Shown here one piece after another: positions 10,437 to 19,784 of a stretch of 23,018 nucleotides of DNA (position 1 is its first letter; each line of letters opens with the position of its first letter). The DNA is from an uncultured Acidobacteriota bacterium (GTDB lineage Bacteria > Acidobacteriota > UBA6911). The position numbers were made by a program, and so were the translations under genes. Under the pieces are notes generated by a model, which saw nothing but the letters and a program-made list of their open reading frames with translations, was not told where the DNA came from and made no database searches. The stretch covers positions 1-23,018 of the forward strand of contig CAWJKZ010000002.1 in NCBI GenBank assembly GCA_963843575.1. Direction: 5' to 3'.

Positions 10437-11288
10437 ATGAAGATTTCCAGCGTTGTGGCTTGTCTGGCCCTGTTGCTGTTGGTGGGCTCTTCGGAAAACG
10501 TGCGAGCGAGGGACGAAAAGATCAAACCCGAGGAGCTCGTCGCCCGCCACCTGGCTTCTATAGGCACGCCGGAGGCGATCGCAGCCGCGCGCACTCGCGT
10601 CATGGGCGGCACGGCACAAGTGAACTTCCGCTTGGGAGGTCACGGCGAGCTGCGGGGCAAGGCCGGCATCGTGTCGGAGCAGGAGAAGATCCGGGTCGGA
10701 CTGACCTTCGCGTCGCTCGATTACCCGGGGGAGCAACTGGGGTATGACGGGAACCAAATCACGACCGGCTGGGTGAGGCCCGGCCAGCGCTCGCCCTTTT
10801 CGGAATTCGCGTACCTCCACGATGTGATGCTCCGCGAGGGGCTCCTGGGAGGGACGACGACGACCGCGTGGGCCCTTCTCAAAACGGCGCAGCGGCAACC
10901 CAAGCTGAATTACTCTGGATTGAAGAAAATCGAAGGGCGCCAGGTGCACGAATTGAAGTACCGTGCGAAGAAGGGAGCCGGCGACCTGCAGATTTCCCTA
11001 TACTTCGACACCGAGACCTACCGTCACGTGGGCTCGCAGTACAGGCTCGTTCAGCCGGCCAGCATGCAGACGTCGATATCCGAGTCTTCGGGGCAGCGGG
11101 ACACCATCTACCAGATCGTCGAACGTTTCGACGACTTCAAGCAGGTGGACGGGCTGACCCTCCCCCACGGCTACAAGATCGTCTACACCATGGAAGGGCC
11201 CGTGACGGTGCTTCAGGACTGGGTGGCCACAATCGACCAGGTGACCCACAACACGCCTGTCGACCCGAAGTTTTTCGTGGTGGAATGA
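10437..11288 (+). CDS. Secreted hypothetical protein, probable LolA/outer-membrane lipoprotein-sorting-like fold
   Basis: Signal peptide MKISSVVACLALLLLVGS. The pattern EELVARHLASIG..., LYFDTET, FDDFKQVDGLTLPH and NTPVDPKFF is typical of LolA-like beta-sheet proteins. Confidence 0.65.
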   Translation: MKISSVVACLALLLLVGSSENVRARDEKIKPEELVARHLASIGTPEAIAAARTRVMGGTAQVNFRLGGHGELRGKAGIVSEQEKIRVGLTFASLDYPGEQLGYDGNQITTGWVRPGQRSPFSEFAYLHDVMLREGLLGGTTTTAWALLKTAQRQPKLNYSGLKKIEGRQVHELKYRAKKGAGDLQISLYFDTETYRHVGSQYRLVQPASMQTSISESSGQRDTIYQIVERFDDFKQVDGLTLPHGYKIVYTMEGPVTVLQDWVATIDQVTHNTPVDPKFFVVE

Positions 11289-11304
11289 GCTCTTCGCGTC
11301 CCTT

Positions 11305-11429
11305 GTGGGTCCGGGTTTCAGCCACGACGCAGATTGCGGTCGCTATTGAGTGCACACTTCACTAAATAGTTCAGATCAAAAGACGTCCGGGCTGAAGCCC
11401 GGACCCACTTGTTTTGCGGGCAGGCCGGG
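11305..11429 (-). repeat. REP doublet (REPIN-like), family 2, solitary diverged copy
   Basis: GTGGGTCCGGGTTTCAGCC... (11305) and inverted GTCCGGGCTGAAGCCCGGACCCAC (11385-11408). The reverse complement aligns along its whole length with the 136-bp array unit at 19821-20335. It lies between convergent genes. Confidence 0.9.
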
Positions 11430-11443
11430 GACGCGCTTGCCGG

Positions 11444-12958
11444 CTACTGGGCGGTCCCGGTCAGCTGCGGCAGGGTCGTGGGGCCGAAGGCCACGTGGTA
11501 TTCGGAGTCGAACAGCACGCGGTCCCCGTCAAACCGGAAAACGAGGTTGATGTAAAACGGCGACTCCGGCAGGCAGAGCTTAACGGTGTAGGTGTCCTCC
11601 GCCGTCCACGCACCGCTGGCCGCCACTGGGTGCTCGGTGCGGTCCAGCAGGCGCCCTTCCAGCCCGTTCGCGAAGGCGCTCCGGCCGTTGACCCAGGCGC
11701 CTGAACCGCACAGGATGAGGCTCTCCCCCTGAGCCGTCTTCACTGCCAGCCTCGCCGGGACGTCGCCGAACTCGAACGCGACCGATTCGATGCTGCGGTC
11801 GTTCGACGGGAAGGTGAACCGTTTGCCGGAAACTGCGGCGGCGACCGGAGACGCGGATTTTCCGGCTACGGGACGCACCTCCAGGCTTGCGACCTTCCGG
11901 GTCAAGTCGCGCTGCGCGACGCCGTCGGCCGGCAGGGGTGCTGGCTTCATGGCCGGCAGCAGCTTGTCCCAGACCAGGTTCGAGCACGGCCTGCATGTTT
12001 CGCACGCCACTGGTGATGGCGATCACCGCGTCCTGTTCGGGCAGGACGATGCAGTACTGGCCGAAGGCGCCGTCGCCCCGGTACAGGCCGTGCCGGCACC
12101 GCCAGAACTGATAGCCGTAGCCCTGATCCCAGTCGCTTTCGGGATTGCTGCCGTTGGAGGTCTGCCGCGCGGTCGCGGCGTCGACCCACGCCGCGGGCAC
12201 GAGCTGGCTTCCCCTGCCACTTGCCTTTCTGCAGGTAGAGCTGGCCAAACCGGGCGATGTCCTCGGTGCGGATGCTCAGGCCGTAGCCGCCGGGCGTGAT
12301 GCCCTGCGGGCTGGTTTCCCAGGTCGGGTTCTCGATGCCCAGCGGCTCGAACAGCCGCGGCCGCAGATAGTCGAGCACGGTCATCCCCGTCGCCTTCTGG
12401 AGCGATGGCCGAGAGCATGTAGGTGGCGGAGGTGTTGTACAGGAAATGCGTGCCGGGCTTGTAGGGCACCGGATGGGCCAGGAAGGTCTTGGTCCAGGCT
12501 TCGCCGGATCGCCACGCGACGGCTCGCTCTGATGCCCGGTGGACATGCGCAGCAGATCGCTGATGCGCATCGCCTTGAGGTTGTCGCTCGGCTCGCGCGG
12601 GCGCATCTTCGGGGAAGAACTTGAGGACCTCGTCGTCCAGACTGAGCTTGCCTTCGGCGATGGCCAGCCCCACCGCCGTCGAGGTGAAGCTCTTGCTCAG
12701 CGAGTAGAGCATGTGCGGCGTCTCGGCGTCGTAGGGCGTCCACCAGCCTTCGGCCACCACGTGGCCGTGGCGCACGAGCATGAAGCTGTTCATCGAGTCG
12801 ATGTGCCTGTCGGCGGCCTCGACGAACGCGAGGACCGCGGCCGACGAGACGCCCTGCGTTTCCGGGGTGCTGCGCGGCAAAAGCCCCGACCTGACGTCCG
12901 CGCCGAGACAGACGGCGCACACCGAAACAACCGACAGCAGTGCCGACAGTGGTTTCAT
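11444..12958 (-). CDS. Secreted serine hydrolase, beta-lactamase/AmpC-related family; about 5 apparent frameshifts
   Basis: RBS GGAG and signal peptide MKPLSALLSVVSVCAVCLGA. Motifs LPRSTPETQGV, SxxK (YSLSKSF), FLYNT, LFEPLGI, ARFGQLYLQKGKW, GYGYQFW and GAFGQ are spread over ORFs 12023..13066, 11947..12606, 11580..12248 and 11444..12010. Confidence 0.88.
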
Positions 12959-12987
12959 ATCTCTGCTCCACGTGATTGCCGGACTAG

Positions 12988-13017
12988 AACCTAGCAGCGC
13001 AGGGATCGGACGGTCAA
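12988..13017 (-). promoter_or_regulatory. Putative sigma70 promoter of the serine hydrolase gene
   Basis: On the minus strand: TTGACC (13017-13012), 18-nt spacer ending TGc, TAGGTT (12993-12988). Confidence 0.5.
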
Positions 13018-13050
13018 GCGTTGGCTCCAGGGCGTCGGCGACGCGAGCGG

Positions 13051-15511
13051 CTACGGCCCTGTCCACTGCTGGGCCGGAATTGCGGAAACGACCGATAGCC
13101 GGTGCGTTCCGAAGAGGGCGAAGCCGGCCAGCGGTTGAGCCGACTCTACCCGGATGTACCCACCGCTCAGCTGCTGGGAGGACAATTCCGGGAAATACTC
13201 GGTTAGAAGCTTGGATATTCTGCCTCGCCCTTTGAGCCTGAATGTATCTGAGGCGACGACGACCCCCTGCGAGTTCGAGACGTCCACGTGCGCGTCGGCG
13301 TCGGCGTCCCCGGGGTTGAGCAGCGCAAGGCCCGTGAAATACGTCGTGTCGGAAGCGATCTGACCGAAAAGGAGCCTGTGGCCCAGAGCAGAGACGAGCG
13401 GCAGGGAGGTCGCGAACGCGTTCTGCCGGGCGTCGGTGAAACTGACGCTGCCCGTCAGCCTCGGCCCTCCGCTGGTGATCTCCACGTAGCCTTGCCCGCC
13501 GCCTTGATCCATCGGCAAGTCGGAAACCTGGATCTTACCTCCGGCGGCGAGCGGGAACTCGACAGAAGGGCCGAGGGGCGATCCGTCATCGGCCCGGAGG
13601 CGGAGCGTTACGGTTGCGGCCACGGGATCGAGGTTTACCAGCGACAGCATGGACTTATAGGTGCGGTCTACCGCGAACTGAGGCGCATAAAGGGTCCTGG
13701 CGCCACCCGTCGCGTCCTGGCCGTTCAGCCCGCGCGCCTGCCGGTCATCGATCCCGAGGTACTCGAACGGCACGACGCCCGCAGGGGCGGAGGCACGGAT
13801 GAAGTCCGTCGACCGTGCCGGGGAATCGGGAAAGAGCTCGCCGACGAACGAGGAGAGGGCGCCTCTGGCGGGTATCTCCTGCGTCGCCCTGGAACGTCGG
13901 GCGCCGGTGGAGTCGACCAGGTCGAGCGTGACGGCGACGGGCGCCGATCCGGGGTTCGCGACGTGGATGCGCGTGAACCCCTGATCTTCGATCTCGGGGA
14001 AAACGAAAGAGCTTTGCGTGGCGGCTCCAGCCTCGGCGCCGTCCATCGTGTCCGGACCCGCGTCGAAGGCGAGAAAAAAGCCGGCCAGGCGTCCCGCGCT
14101 TTCGACCCTGAACCAGCCCTGGCGTGCGGCAGCGGTGAACCCGGGCCCCCAGATTTCCGCATCGACCATTGCCCGTTGCTGCGCAGGCCCCAGCGTGAGA
14201 GTTCTTGGGTTGGTGATCCCACTCCCCGTCAGCAGGGCACCGCTGCTGTCGTAAGCAGTGAAAACTGAATCGGTCGCGAAGCTGTCCATATTGGCGACGG
14301 CCACTCCCGTGTACCGGGGCTGTTCGTCGGAACGGGCGGAGAGCATCGGAAAGTTTAAAACGGAAGTGGCCGAGGCCTCCGGGTTCACAATTCGGTAAAC
14401 GGTGCCCTCGTTGAGTCCGGCGACGTAGATCTCCCCCTCCTCGTCCTCGCCGAAGGACGACACCGCCAGGTTCGTATCCAGCAGCAGTGCGGGCCCGGCA
14501 CTGCCGAGGACGAATATCTCGCCGCTGCAATAGTCGGCGAAGACATAGGAACCGGAGGGGAGGCTCCCCTTCGTTCCGCGGTACACGTAGCCTCCGGTCA
14601 CCGAACACCGCCCGCCCTCGTGCCGGTACTCGGCCACGGGCGGGACAAACAAGGAGGCGTCGCACTGGAAGGGCCCGAGATTGGTGCAGCGGGTCCCTTC
14701 AAAAACGCGCCACCCGTAGTTGCCGCCCGGCTCGATGATGTCGATTTCTTCCGCCTGACCTTGTCCCACGTCCCCGGCGTACAATCGCCCGGTTGCCCGG
14801 TCGAAGGAAAAGCGCCAAGGGTTGCGGAGCCCGAGAGCATAGATCTCGTCACGCCCATCGGTCGTACCGGCAAACGGGTTGGTGGGGGGAGAAGCATAGG
14901 GTTTGCCCGGGTCGACGTCATCGACGTCGATGCGCAGGATCTTGCCCAGCAGTTCCTGACGGTTCTGGGCGCGGTTCTCCGGGTCGTTGGCGGAGCCTCC
15001 GTCGCCCATGCCAATGTACAGGTAGCCGTCGGGGCCGAACGACAAGCATGCCGCCGTTGTGGTTCGAGTACGGCTGCGGGATCGTGAGCAGGACCGTTTC
15101 GGACGGGTCGGCGCTGTTCCGGTCGCCGGAGGAAACTCGGTATTCGGCAATCACCGTGGCGCCGTCGGGTTTGCGCGTGTAGTCGACGAAGAATCTGCCG
15201 TTGATCTCGAAGTGTGGATGGAACGCCAGTCCCAATAGACCACGCTCGCCGCCGGACAGCACCTTTGCGGAGATGTCCAGGAACTGCTGCGTCGTCCTGG
15301 ATCCGGAGGCCAGGACCCGGATCACTCCCGGCTGTTCGAGGACAAAGAGACGGCGGGTTCCGTCATGCGCGCTGGTGACGAACACGGGCTGGTTCAGTCC
15401 GGTCGCGACTGGCTGCAGTTCGATGCGGGGCACGTCCCCGGATTGCGGGGCAGCGTGGTGTGGCAAGAACACGATAACGAGACACGCCACCCGGAACCTA
15501 GGGGAAACCAT
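13051..15511 (-). CDS. PQQ-dependent sugar (glucose/sorbosone) dehydrogenase-family protein with four C-terminal beta-sandwich-like repeats; 1 apparent frameshift
   Basis: ATG 15511 after [22 protein letters not shown] and NHNGG lie in the 14918..15805 frame, joining near 15045 to [53 protein letters not shown] and [10 protein letters not shown]. Confidence 0.88.
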
Positions 15512-15632
15512 ATCGAACCTCGAACAGGATTGGTCACGAACTACCGAAAGCTCGACCAAATCGTATCCCGTGGGCCCCGCAAAAGGCAAACCAGGGGGCG
15601 GTCGGTCTCCCCCAACGTAATCTTTACTCGCG

Positions 15633-15691
15633 GCGGCGCCGAGGCGCCGCCCACCAAAGCGGCGTCGAGCCAGTCGAGCCGCCGGACTCCA
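15633..15691. repeat. REP-like composite palindrome, family 1 (partial)
   Basis: GCGGCGCCGAGGCGCCGC (15633-15650) then CCAAAGCGGCGTCGAGCCaGTCGAGCCGCCGGACTCCA, with an internal GTCGAGCC duplication. Confidence 0.8.
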
Positions 15692-15734
15692 TATTTTGGG
15701 AAACGCGGGTTGATAGCTATTATGATTACCGGAA

Positions 15735-16919
15735 ATGGAACACGACAGGAAGATCCTCGGTTTCTCCGCGACCGTATTCCTGCTGGGGCTGGTCTCGCTG
15801 TGCAACGATTTTGCCAGCGAAATGATCTACCCGCTCCTGCCGGTTTACCTGACGTCCATCGGTGCCTCGATGTCCTTCATCGGCCTCGTCGAGGGGACGG
15901 CGGAAACGACCGCGAGCATTCTGAAGCTGTTTTCCGGGTGGATTGCCGACCGGTTCGGGAACAAACGGCTCCTGACCGCGGCGGGATACGGGTTCTCGAA
16001 TGCCGTCCGACCCTTGATCGGCATCGCCACCACCGGCTGGCAGGTTCTGATCCTACGGTTCGCCGATCGCGTGGGCAAAGGGGTGCGGACTTCCCCGCGC
16101 GACGCGATGATCGCCGACAACACGCCCCTCGAGCAACGCGGCAGGGCTTTCGGTTTCAACCGCGCCATGGACCACGGTGGGGCGATGGCCGGATCGCTGG
16201 CCGCCTTTCTGCTGCTCACCTTCGGATCGTTCCCGGTGTCAACAATCTTCCTGTTGTCTGCACTTCCGGGCGTCGTGGCGCTTGTGCTCGTCCTGGCCGG
16301 CATCGGAACCGCCAGGGACCCGGTCTCTTCACCCGATCTCCCGCTGCGATTGTCGCTGAAGCCATTCAGCCGGCACTTCAAGCTCTTTCTGGTGATACTG
16401 GCCATCTTCGCCCTGGGGAACTCCTCCGATGCGTTCCTCATTCTGCGCTCGCGGGAACTCGGCGTGCCGGTAGCCTTCATCCCGCTCGTGTGGATTGTCT
16501 TCCACGGGGTCAAGGCACTCTCGTCGACGCCCGGAGGGATCCTGTCGGACCGCCTGGGCCGCACGCGCCTCGTGGTTGCAGGCTGGGTTGTCTATGCGGC
16601 CGTGTACCTCGGGTTCACCCTGGCCTCGACCGCACTCCACGCCTGGCTGCTGTTTGCGGCCTACGGGCTCTACTTCGGCTTGACCGAAGGGGTGGAGAAA
16701 GCCTTCGTCACTGACCTTGTGCCTGCCGCCCTGCGCGGTACCGCATTCGGCATCTACCACTTCACCCTGGGTGTCGCCGCCCTGCCCTCGTCGCTCCTGG
16801 CAGGATTCCTCTGGCAGAGATACTCATCCGGCGTCGCGCTCGGCACGGGTGCGGCCCTGGCGCTGCTGGCCAGTGTGCTGCTCTTTTCGCTGACACGTGT
16901 AAGCGCTCGCGGGCGCTAG
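15735..16919 (+). CDS. MFS transporter
   Basis: About 12 hydrophobic segments, motif A twice (GWIADRFGNKR and GILSDRLGRTR), and RFADRVGKGVRTSPRDAMIAD. Intact 394 aa. Confidence 0.95.
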   Translation: MEHDRKILGFSATVFLLGLVSLCNDFASEMIYPLLPVYLTSIGASMSFIGLVEGTAETTASILKLFSGWIADRFGNKRLLTAAGYGFSNAVRPLIGIATTGWQVLILRFADRVGKGVRTSPRDAMIADNTPLEQRGRAFGFNRAMDHGGAMAGSLAAFLLLTFGSFPVSTIFLLSALPGVVALVLVLAGIGTARDPVSSPDLPLRLSLKPFSRHFKLFLVILAIFALGNSSDAFLILRSRELGVPVAFIPLVWIVFHGVKALSSTPGGILSDRLGRTRLVVAGWVVYAAVYLGFTLASTALHAWLLFAAYGLYFGLTEGVEKAFVTDLVPAALRGTAFGIYHFTLGVAALPSSLLAGFLWQRYSSGVALGTGAALALLASVLLFSLTRVSARGR

Positions 16920-16937
16920 TCAGCCGCGCAGCGACCT

Positions 16938-16966
16938 TTCGCAAACCCTATCTGCGGTGATATAAT
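16938..16966 (+). promoter_or_regulatory. Extended -10 promoter predicting a leaderless transcript
   Basis: TTCGCA (16938-16943), 17-nt spacer, perfect TGaTATAAT (16958-16966). ATG begins 7 nt downstream and there is no Shine-Dalgarno sequence. Confidence 0.7.
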
Positions 16967-16972
16967 ATCCGG

Positions 16973-17227
16973 ATGGCCAGAGGATGGGAAAGCAAGACGG
17001 TTGAAGCACAAATCGAAACGGCCGAGGGCGAGCAGCGGGACTACAAGAGAATCCCGTTGAACGCCTCCGAGGCCGAGATCCTCCGCGCGAGAGAGGGGCT
17101 GCTCCTGACCAGGACGCGGGTTCTGCAAGACCTGGAGAGAGCACGGCACGAGCGCTATCGCCAGATGCTCCGGGAGGCTCTCTCCCAGTTGGAGCGCGAT
17201 CTGGTCTGCCTCGGCCCCCAGCCCTGA
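16973..17227 (+). CDS. Small hypothetical protein (84 aa, helical/coiled-coil, MARGWESK N-terminus)
   Basis: Fills the gap between the MFS and ADOP genes and sits behind a consensus -10. The MARGWESKxVExQ start resembles a small protein I recall from Acidobacteria (not checked). Confidence 0.75.
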   Translation: MARGWESKTVEAQIETAEGEQRDYKRIPLNASEAEILRAREGLLLTRTRVLQDLERARHERYRQMLREALSQLERDLVCLGPQP

Positions 17228-17280
17228 CGGAGGCCTGCCCGCCCCGCTCCTCCCGAGCCGACACTCCGGCTCGCCGTCCT

Positions 17281-19752
17281 CTACTCCTGCCTGAGCGCAG
17301 TCAAAGGGTCGATCCGCGCTGCCCTCAAGGCAGGCAGGTAGCAGGCCGCCGCGGCAGCCAAGACCAGGATCAGAGAAATCGAGGCGAAGGTCAGCGGGTC
17401 CGTCGGGCTGATCCCGTGCAGAAAACCTGCGGCCAGGCGCGTCAGTCCGACGGCCAGGGCCAACCCCACCGCCAGCCCGAGTCCGACCAGAACGGCTCCG
17501 TCGCGCAACACGAGCCGGAGGATGCTCTGCCGCCCGGCCCCGAGAGCGACCCGGATCCCGAACTCACGCGTGCGCCGGCTCGTGTCGTACGCCATCACGC
17601 CATAGACGCCTACGACTGCGAGCACCAATGCGAGAACACCCGAAGCGCCGAGCAATGCCGCCGCCATCCGCTGTGCGGAAACCGCTGTGGTGATCTGGTC
17701 GATCAGGGTACCGCCATCGTACACGGGCAACTCCCGGTCGACGGCCTGGATTTCGCGGCGGATGGCGGGCAGAAGGGACATCGGATCTCCCGCCACTCTG
17801 ACGTGAAGCATCATCTCCGGGAAATATCGCTGATACAGCGGCAGGTACAGGTAAGGGCCGGGGTTGTCCCAGAGGGAGCGCTGGCGGACATCCCTGGCGA
17901 CACCGACGATCTCGTACAGTTGTCGCGCCCTGCCGTGCACCTTGATCCTCTTGCCGACGGGATCCTCTCCGGGCCAGTACGCCCGTGCCATCGACTCATT
18001 GATGATTACGGCGCCCGGCGCCGTGTCGTTGTCCCTGTCTGTGAAATCCCGTCCCCTGACGAGCGGTATCCGCAAGGTTGCGAAGTACCGGGGTCCGACG
18101 ACATTGCACTCCGCCCGCATCCACTCGTGCTCGGCGACGACGTCTCGTTCCCCTTTGACGAAGCGGATGAGCAGGCGGCGCACGGCCAGCGGCACGTCTC
18201 CGGCCCAGGTGGTGGAGACGACCCCCGGAAGCCGGCCCACGCGTTCCAGTAGTCCCCGGTACAACTCCATTCCCGTGCTTTCGGCGTACCTCGCCGAAAG
18301 GAGGTCGACCGAGAGGACCAGGATGTGGTCCGCACTGAAGCCGGTGTCGATGGCCCTCGCCTTGTGCAGCGTGCGGGCAAACAGCCCCGCGCCGGTGAGC
18401 AGCACGAGCGAGATCGCGACCTGGGCGACGACCAGCATCCCGCGGGCCCAGGACCTGCGCGCGGAGGAACTGAAGCCTCCGCCCTGCAGGGCCGCCCGCA
18501 CGTCCGGCCTCGACATGTGAAGGGTCGGGAGCAGACCGAAAAGGAAGGTCGTCAGGAGCGCGCCGAGGACCGCCAGGGCGAACACCCGCAGATCCATCCT
18601 CAGGTTCAGGGCAAGCGGGATTCTGAACGGGAGGGAAAACCCCGAGAGCAGGCGGAGCATCCAGGAGGCTGCGAGGAAGCTAAAGGTCAGCCCGAAGGCC
18701 GACAGGACCACGCTTTCGGCAATCATCTGGCGCATCAGGCGCAGCCGCCCCGCCCCGAGCGCGGCACGGATCGCGATCTCCCGCTGTCGTGCGGTCGCGC
18801 GCGCGAGCAGGAGGTTGGCCACGTTGGCGCAGGCGATCAACAACACCAGGCCGGCGGCCGATACGAGCAGGGCCAGGAGCGACACGATCGATTTCCGGTA
18901 AGCGGGCCAGAAACGCGCCTCCGATCCGGGCAGCAGCGTCCCGGTCCAGCCCGCGTTGGTTTGCGGGTGCGCGAGCTCGAGCTGCCGCGCCCGCAGGGTG
19001 ACTGCGGCGCGGGCCTGTGCGAGTGTGACGCCCGGGCGCAGGCGCCCGACAACCAGAAGCCAGCGGGCTGCGCGGCTCTGCAGGATGTCCTGTGCCCCGG
19101 GCAGGCCCCAGGTGGGCACGACCCTGTCGAAGGACCGCAGCAGGATCCACACTTCCGGCGGCGTGCCCCAATCGAGGGTGATGCCGCGAAATCCCGCGGG
19201 CGCGATCCCGATCACCGTCAGGCTCTGCCCGTCGATCCTGACGCTCTTCCCGACGATAGCCGGATCGCCGCCGAAGCGGCGCTGCCAGAGGCCGTGGCCG
19301 AGAACCGCCGTCAACTCGGATCCGTGAGCCTCGTCCGAGGTGCGGAACCCCCGTCCCGGGGCGACAGCCAGGCCGAGGAGATCGAAATAGTTGGCCGACA
19401 CGGCCTCCCCCCCGACACGCTCGGTGCCCTGTCCGTCGCTGAACATCAAGGGCATGCGCGCGTACGCCAGCAACCCGGTGAAGACCGCGTCGAGCTCGCC
19501 GTAGTCGAGGTAGTCCGGGTAGGATGTGCTGGCGTAGCTCGAGTTGGCGGTCGCCGTCGTGTAGAGCACCGCCAGGCGATCCGGTTCCCGGACCGGGAAT
19601 GGTCGGAAGAGCACGGCGTCGGCGAGGCTGAAGATGGCCGTGTTGACGCCGATGCCGAGCGCCAGGGTCAACACCGCCGCGCCCGTGAATCCGGGGCTCC
19701 TGGACAACGCCCTCAGGGCGATGCGGAGATCGAACAGGAATTGGCCCGGCAT
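17281..19752 (-). CDS. ADOP-family duplicated orphan permease (MacB/FtsX-type ABC permease)
   Basis: DLRIALRAL..SPGFT..AVLTLALGIGVNTAIFS, LVLLIACANVANLLLARA..RQREIAIRAALGAGR, LVVAQVAISLVLL.GAGLF, RRTREFGIRVALGA, PALRAARIDPLTALRQE. Two MacB-PCD/FtsX halves. Start taken at MPGQ (19752). Confidence 0.93.
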   Translation of the reverse strand: MPGQFLFDLRIALRALSRSPGFTGAAVLTLALGIGVNTAIFSLADAVLFRPFPVREPDRLAVLYTTATANSSYASTSYPDYLDYGELDAVFTGLLAYARMPLMFSDGQGTERVGGEAVSANYFDLLGLAVAPGRGFRTSDEAHGSELTAVLGHGLWQRRFGGDPAIVGKSVRIDGQSLTVIGIAPAGFRGITLDWGTPPEVWILLRSFDRVVPTWGLPGAQDILQSRAARWLLVVGRLRPGVTLAQARAAVTLRARQLELAHPQTNAGWTGTLLPGSEARFWPAYRKSIVSLLALLVSAAGLVLLIACANVANLLLARATARQREIAIRAALGAGRLRLMRQMIAESVVLSAFGLTFSFLAASWMLRLLSGFSLPFRIPLALNLRMDLRVFALAVLGALLTTFLFGLLPTLHMSRPDVRAALQGGGFSSSARRSWARGMLVVAQVAISLVLLTGAGLFARTLHKARAIDTGFSADHILVLSVDLLSARYAESTGMELYRGLLERVGRLPGVVSTTWAGDVPLAVRRLLIRFVKGERDVVAEHEWMRAECNVVGPRYFATLRIPLVRGRDFTDRDNDTAPGAVIINESMARAYWPGEDPVGKRIKVHGRARQLYEIVGVARDVRQRSLWDNPGPYLYLPLYQRYFPEMMLHVRVAGDPMSLLPAIRREIQAVDRELPVYDGGTLIDQITTAVSAQRMAAALLGASGVLALVLAVVGVYGVMAYDTSRRTREFGIRVALGAGRQSILRLVLRDGAVLVGLGLAVGLALAVGLTRLAAGFLHGISPTDPLTFASISLILVLAAAAACYLPALRAARIDPLTALRQE

Positions 19753-19784
19753 GGTTGCAGCATGATGCACTCGCACCAGAAACT

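Noticed and set aside
11444-12958. Antibiotic-resistance beta-lactamase
   Set aside because: SxxK and YxT are present, but the third motif is RGDG rather than KTG and there is a C-terminal extension. It fits the broad esterase/amidase group, so resistance cannot be claimed.
15365-16714. 449-aa alternative-frame ORF over the MFS gene
   Set aside because: It has Arg/Pro/Gly-rich off-frame composition, runs through a REP element and has no domain signal.
17254-17273. Intrinsic terminator between the small gene and the ADOP permease
   Set aside because: The 7-bp hairpin (CGAGCCG-ACACTC-CGGCTCG) has no U-tract on either strand, so it is too weak to call.
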